Assembly (NCBI GenBank): GCA_002189035.1
Contig: CM007991.1
Location: 3,100,001 to 3,164,000 of the forward strand
Source: Utricularia gibba
Lineage: Eukaryota; Plantae; Magnoliophyta
Length of the DNA stretch: 64,000 nt
Direction of reading: 5' to 3'
The position numbers and the translations under genes were made by a program. The notes beneath the pieces were generated by a model that worked only from the letters and a program-made list of their open reading frames with translations, made no database searches and had not been told where the DNA came from. Shown in pieces: positions 61,370 through 64,000 of the stretch. Each line of letters opens with the position of its first letter. Position 1 is the stretch's first letter.

Positions 61370-62588
61370 TCTAGCCCACGCCGCCATGTCCAGCAGCCAT
61401 CGTGAATGTTTTACACAACACGAGAAAGTGCGAGAGAGCACATGTGGCTCGGCGCTGACACCTAGATTGGGCTTCAGCTGCTCCACCGGACGACCATGTA
61501 CCTGCTCTCGTCAAAAGACCTGACTTCAGACGAAATCCTTATCCCTTGGTTAGGGTGAAACATACCCTTGTTAAAAAGAAGTAGAATCCCGATGCATGGC
61601 ACATGGGGTGTACCTGTGCTAGCTCCAGAAGTTGATTGTGGTCAGTGGGAACTGCTCTGGTTAGCTTCTTGCCCACAGACATCACCTCGAAACCATTTCC
61701 TGGAAACTGCAACCTGGAACAAACCGTGTGCGAAGCAGTGGCCATCGAGGGAATACAAAAACAATGGCAGAATTCAGAAGCAAAACGGAAAATTCATCAG
61801 TTGGAGCTCTATTAAGGGGTCATATACCGTATAGATTGTTCTAGGTGAATCATGAATGAGGAAAGTGACAAAAGCTACCGTAAATTACCACAGTCGTCTT
61901 GAGATGTGGGTTCACCCTTCACGGGGGCTCTTCCTTCTCTGACCAAGCAGTCACTGATCATGCCTCCATTGTGAGGTCTAGTGACTAAACAAATGTCAAA
62001 AATCTGCAGGCCTGTCTACTGTCTAAGTTTTATCGCGCCAGTGATACCATGCTTCTAGACCTGAAGCAAAGACAGAATCAGATTAATCAGAGGGATGTAA
62101 CCGAAAACTTAGCATGCCAACTGACCAAGCCATGCTGAAAAGGTTACCAATCCATAAACTGATGTTCGTCACACCCCTACAAATTTGGTTTCCTACTGAT
62201 TTTTCCTTTTTCGATTCGGAGAACATACGACGGCAACACGGAAATGTAATAGTACTAACCAAGTTCGCTGTAAAAGCCACCAATTCCGAATAACTCCTCC
62301 CGGAAGCAGGCCTCTTGCGAATATCGCCAACATGGTACTGATTCAGCCGAACCATTCAAGCCAAGAATAAATTCTCATAATCGCGTTGCCAGTCAAGATC
62401 ACCTTTCGTCCGCGGGCAAAACTCTTCCAGTTGAGAGTGGAGTGTAGCCAGCTGTTCTTCAGACGGGTAAGCAATTTCGGCACATTCGCACCAGTCACCC
62501 GAAATCGATTCTTTGATCGCCAATAACTGCCATCTGCAAACAAAATTAATGTCCTTTCATAGATGAACAACCCTCGACGCCGGCACAT
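61370..62588 (-). pseudogene. VPS22: VPS22/SNF8 (ESCRT-II subunit) pseudogene
   Basis: Recognisable fragments in shifting frames: RFRVTGANVPKL, EQLATLHSQLEEF, DIRKRPA, EELFGIGGFYSELG, GNGFEVMSVGKKLTRAVPTDHNQLLELAQ and WSSGGAAEA. Multiple frameshifts, stops and deletions. Confidence 0.88.
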
Positions 62589-63004
62589 TCCACAGTCCCC
62601 GGCTTCCGCCTCATTCCGGAAGAATTCTCGTTTCCTCCAATCGGAACAAGACCACTCCAAAATTTCTCAAACAAAGCATCAAAAACACCAATCTGATCCC
62701 ATGATCGTCAAATTGGAATATATCCGGGCTGGCCCAACAGGCCCAATTATGTTTATTTAGACCATCCATTTTAGTGGCACAATAGGCCCACAATCACCTG
62801 ATATTATTATTATTTTTATTATATTCCGATAATGTTTATTCAAGGGTGCTATAAACATGAATCCCAAAAATCACCAACTACACGAGTCACTCAAGCGCCA
62901 ATCCTCCTCGATACGAGCCTCTGCTGCTCCCTTATTTCTCTACAGATTCAGATTGAGCTGCTCCTCCGGCGCTTCTTCCTCAGTCGCCGCCGCTCGCTCC
63001 ATCC

Positions 63005-64000
63005 TCACTGTTTCGCCTGCGTAAGACAAAGCAATCCTCAGAATCAAATCACTTTTTTAGGAGGGAGCATCATGGTGATCAAGATCTTCACAGGTGCTTT
63101 CCTGTTCTGAGGATGGAAATCAGAAAAAGGTTGTCTTTACGAAAGGTTCCGGGAGCCTTTGAATGGATTACCTGAGAATAGAGGAAAGTTCCCAGGACGG
63201 CAATGGCTGCTCCGAGAGCATTGATGGGCTGCACCGGAGTTTGGAAGATGATGATGGAGGAGACGATGACGGAGATGCGTTTCATGGTGTTGCCGATGCT
63301 GAATGTCAATGGAGAAATCTCATCCAGAGACATGTAGGAAACCTGGTTGTATAGATGGTAGAAAACACTCTGTGCAGCCATCCACCTGCCCAGCAATACC
63401 AACCACACGAAGTGGATAATGAGGAGGACTCAAGACAAATATGGATCACAAGCACACAGTCCCACATTCTTAAATCTCAAGCTGTCTGAATCAAGGAATC
63501 ATGGAAAAACAAAAGGGATTTAATTTATATAGTGAATCAAGTTTCTATCACAGGACTAGTCATCATAACAGGACAGAGAAATACATGAGGAGTTAATGAA
63601 GTCAACGATCAGCAAAGTGTTTGAAAGGATTCAGCTTCTTCAGAGTCAAAGGTGAATCACTGATAAACAAGAAAATTTTACCAGCCGAGTTGAGGTCCAA
63701 TTTGACTCAGAGCTTCTCTGAAACCAGCAGTCCACATCTGCGGGCCCTCAACAGCAATGGCAAAGGGGGTGAGAATGAGGAGAGACATAATGGATAAGCA
63801 AGCATAGTAGTTCATTCCACTCAAAGAATTTCCCTTCATCCCTTTCTTGGAGAATATATTTCGAAAGACAAAGGCCAAGTTTGAGATCATGGCGCCCATG
63901 AACCCTGAAATCATATACAACAATGTTTAAAAAACACATGAGTATGCTCTCCGTTGGATAAAGGGGTGCCAAAGTTACCAATCATGTTGAAGTTGAGCTC
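63005..64000 (-). CDS. GPT: Plastid glucose-6-phosphate/phosphate translocator, 3' part
   Basis: GFMGAMISNLAFVFRNIFSKKGM, GMNYYACLSIMSL, WMAAQSVFYHLYNQVSYMSLDEISPLTFSIGNTMKR and GTFLYSQ|AKQ* (stop at 63005-63007). Confidence 0.95.

Overview
This is gene-dense eudicot nuclear DNA, probably an asterid with a miniaturised genome; Lamiales such as Lentibulariaceae is my inference from sequence style and compactness. I count about 24 apparently functional protein-coding genes and 3 clearly decayed pseudogene relics (POR, an ATL RING-H2 gene, VPS22) in 64 kb. Introns are short. I recognised no transposon ORF, rRNA, tRNA or CRISPR. Gene order: SNM1B-like (partial), two BAHD acyltransferases, a TM/coiled-coil protein, NAF1, a small zinc-ribbon protein, a PPR (PLS-E), SCAMP, an SRF receptor kinase, PSB27, EPF1, a DREB A-6 ERF, POR relic, clathrin light chain, beta-expansin, an uncharacterised ZnF protein, an RMA RING E3, FLOE1-like, ATL relic, RABA1, a Raf-like kinase, a BLT-like coiled-coil protein, an AT-hook protein, an uncharacterised secreted protein, FAD4-like, VPS22 relic, GPT (partial). 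Main observations: (1) the uncharacterised secreted protein at 55.5-58.3 kb has the motif order of a permuted papain-like NlpC/P60 (YiiX-type) enzyme; (2) the FLOE1-like gene appears to have let its first (DS-domain) coding exon decay, fixing a short isoform; (3) the three relics show large internal deletions; (4) the FAD4-like desaturase has no evident transit peptide; (5) eight frameshifts in otherwise intact genes are all single-base losses in G/C homopolymers, most likely long-read consensus errors. All gene names and Arabidopsis comparisons come from my recall of these families, not from database searches.
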